Shown here piece after piece: positions 62,490-64,000 of a stretch of 64,000 nucleotides of DNA; the first letter of the stretch is position 1, and each line of letters begins with the position of its first letter. The notes under the pieces are model-generated. The model ran no database searches and was not told the origin of the DNA. It saw only the letters and a list, made by a program, of their open reading frames with translations. The position numbers were made by a program, and so were the translations under genes. Source of the DNA: a virus; the IMG/VR virus record IMGVR_UViG_3300020185_000033, positions 1 to 64,000 of that record; one strand, given 5' to 3'.

Positions 62490-62774
62490 ATGAAAAACGT
62501 TTTAGACAAATTTAACAGCATTGTTGAGCTTGCCGATAAGGCAAATAAGGTTATTGCAAGTAATGGCTACAAGTGGACTACTGGCTACGGGCCTAGGTTC
62601 AGAAAGATGATGCATTTTGATAACAGACGAGTACACTCTGTTGGTATATACGATTACCATGAGAAGAAATATATACTTTTTGAGATGGTAAACATGGTTG
62701 GTCAGTCGAAGCACTCGGTTCCAAAAGAGTTGCGTCAGATGGAGAGACTGATATTAGATGCCAAAATTGCCTAA
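62490..62774 (+). CDS. Hypothetical protein (94 aa)
   Basis: AGGA RBS; first gene after the sigma70-like promoter. Confidence 0.65.
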   Translation: MKNVLDKFNSIVELADKANKVIASNGYKWTTGYGPRFRKMMHFDNRRVHSVGIYDYHEKKYILFEMVNMVGQSKHSVPKELRQMERLILDAKIA

Positions 62775-63408
62775 TGTAGTATTTGTACACGGATCAGGTC
62801 AAAGCGGACTAAGTGTAAATTATCTTCAAGTATTCCTACCCGAGTGTAATCTATTAACCCTAGAGTATGCAGTTCAGGAAAATCCTGATGATATACTAGA
62901 ACGCTTTGATAAAGAAGTTAACGACACGTTCGGTGAAGAACATTACCATATCATAGCACACAGTTATGGTTGCTTGTTGTCCACACTGTTAGCAGATAAA
63001 ACAAAACGAGTTTTGACCATGGTGACCATGAGTGCCCCATGGGGAGGAAGTCATACAGCACGTTGGATCTCAATGGTGTTTAGGCAAAGTAAGTTGTTTT
63101 CTAATGTCAAACCCAATAGCATGTTTTTACAAGATATTCAGAAAATACAGTTAAGCATTCCTGTTGCTAATATCATAACAACAGGTTCAAAAGGTTCTGC
63201 AAATGATCTTGCTGGTTTAGGCAGTCAACATAACGATGGACTGCTCACAGTTGAGACGCAGAAAAAACTTCCCAGCAAGTTTATTTACGCAAAATCAATT
63301 GAGCTTCCTTTGAGCCACAATGAAGTGCTTTTGTCATTCGACACTATAAATATAATTAAGCAACACATATTTGGAGACACTAGTGGAACAGAATACTTCA
63401 CTGAATAA
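62758..63408 (+). CDS. Alpha/beta-fold hydrolase (lipase/esterase-like)
   Basis: VFVHG oxyanion motif, AHSYG nucleophile elbow, NDGLL and LSH completing a Ser-Asp-His triad. Confidence 0.85.
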   Translation: MPKLPNVVFVHGSGQSGLSVNYLQVFLPECNLLTLEYAVQENPDDILERFDKEVNDTFGEEHYHIIAHSYGCLLSTLLADKTKRVLTMVTMSAPWGGSHTARWISMVFRQSKLFSNVKPNSMFLQDIQKIQLSIPVANIITTGSKGSANDLAGLGSQHNDGLLTVETQKKLPSKFIYAKSIELPLSHNEVLLSFDTINIIKQHIFGDTSGTEYFTE

Positions 63409-63571
63409 TACACTTGAAGAAGAACTAAGAATTATGCTTGTTGAAAAAAATGAAGAGTGTAACGCACTTAAAGAACATATCAAAATGCTCAAACAAAATA
63501 TCGCAGACGAGCAAGAACAAAAATACAGAGCATACGTTAAAATAGCAGATTTACAAAAAGTAAGAGCTTAA
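63383..63571 (+). CDS. Small coiled-coil protein
   Basis: Heptad-like EEELRIMLVEKNEECNALKEHIKMLKQNI; GTG at 63383 with GGAG RBS (track start 63371). Confidence 0.6.
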   Translation: MEQNTSLNNTLEEELRIMLVEKNEECNALKEHIKMLKQNIADEQEQKYRAYVKIADLQKVRA

Positions 63572-63999
63572 AAACCTTTTTGGATTTTGTGCAATCGGTA
63601 AAGATATTGATTAATCTCGTCCCAGCCATGGCCTCCTTTCATTATCGTTAATATGTCTGGACGCATCGAGTCTGGCGATGACCATAATTTACTTAAAGCA
63701 GTGCCTTGACTTTGGTATATAGTTTTATTACCTGCTTCACTTGTCATTCTGATATTTCTAGCAATTTGGTCATACTGTCCAGCTTGAATAGACTTTAATA
63801 CTGATGACTGATCAAATCTGCTTGGACCAAGCCGTTGTGTTAATATCGTTAATGCCATACCTTGTTGTACAGACATCGGTGACTTAGCACGATTGAATGC
63901 ATACAGAGCCGATTGTTTTAAATCATTATTCAGTAATTGTTTACTTGCTTCTTTACTCATGCCAGCCGCTGTTTGGTTTATGAATATAGGTTCCTTGTA
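63568..63999 (-). CDS. C-terminal part of a GH24 lysozyme-like protein (possibly gp5-like baseplate hub/tail lysozyme); start outside the window
   Basis: Frame stays open to the window edge. GMSKEASKQLLNNDLK...PMSVQQGMAL...LGPSRFDQSSVLKSIQAGQYD resembles GH24 helices (LL..DL...ltq.q.dAL...G...f..S.ll...naG.y). Confidence 0.55.
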   Translation of the reverse strand, partial: YKEPIFINQTAAGMSKEASKQLLNNDLKQSALYAFNRAKSPMSVQQGMALTILTQRLGPSRFDQSSVLKSIQAGQYDQIARNIRMTSEAGNKTIYQSQGTALSKLWSSPDSMRPDILTIMKGGHGWDEINQYLYRLHKIQKGF

Positions 64000-64000
64000 T

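Noticed and set aside
1-64000. CRISPR arrays, tRNAs, DGR/retron elements, transposases, stop-codon reassignment
   Set aside because: Intergenic gaps are short with no repeat-spacer or cloverleaf pattern seen; no RT or transposase motifs; genes tile the window in the standard code, with TAA, TGA and TAG all used as stops.

Overview
AT-rich, gene-dense 64 kb segment in the standard genetic code, almost entirely on the minus strand. It is best explained as part of a large (probably jumbo) myovirus-type bacteriophage genome, plausibly aquatic or marine. The right half (about 34.8-64 kb) is a tail/baseplate module: the C-terminus of a GH24 lysozyme-like protein, gp25-like and gp6-like baseplate wedge genes, a 6342-aa virion protein, a tail-collar-like protein, a fibre with a peptidase-G2/IMC-type C-terminus and a 348-aa Ser/Thr/Gly-rich structural protein. 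A 3-gene plus-strand insert with a sigma70-like promoter interrupts it. The left half (1-34.7 kb) follows in the same orientation and is a translationally coupled biosynthetic cluster. It holds EIGHT paralogous radical SAM enzymes with an N-terminal twitch/SPASM domain, MetK, seven glycosyltransferase-like genes (2 GT8-like, 3 GT10-like, 1 GT-A-like single domain, and one 1524-aa protein of about 14 tandem GT-A-like units), a nucleotide-sugar dehydrogenase, a PLP enzyme, an SDR, an O-carbamoyltransferase, an SGNH protein, a methyltransferase, a hexapeptide acetyltransferase, a 2OG-Fe(II) oxygenase, a membrane desaturase and an SCP2-like protein. The same T4-late-like promoter motif (GATAAATA/GTAAATA) lies upstream of both structural genes and genes inside the enzyme cluster. 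This suggests a late-expressed, phage-encoded glycan or glycolipid tailoring system, possibly for decorating the virion. All family assignments come from motifs read by eye; no database search was run. No tRNA, rRNA, CRISPR array or transposase was seen.
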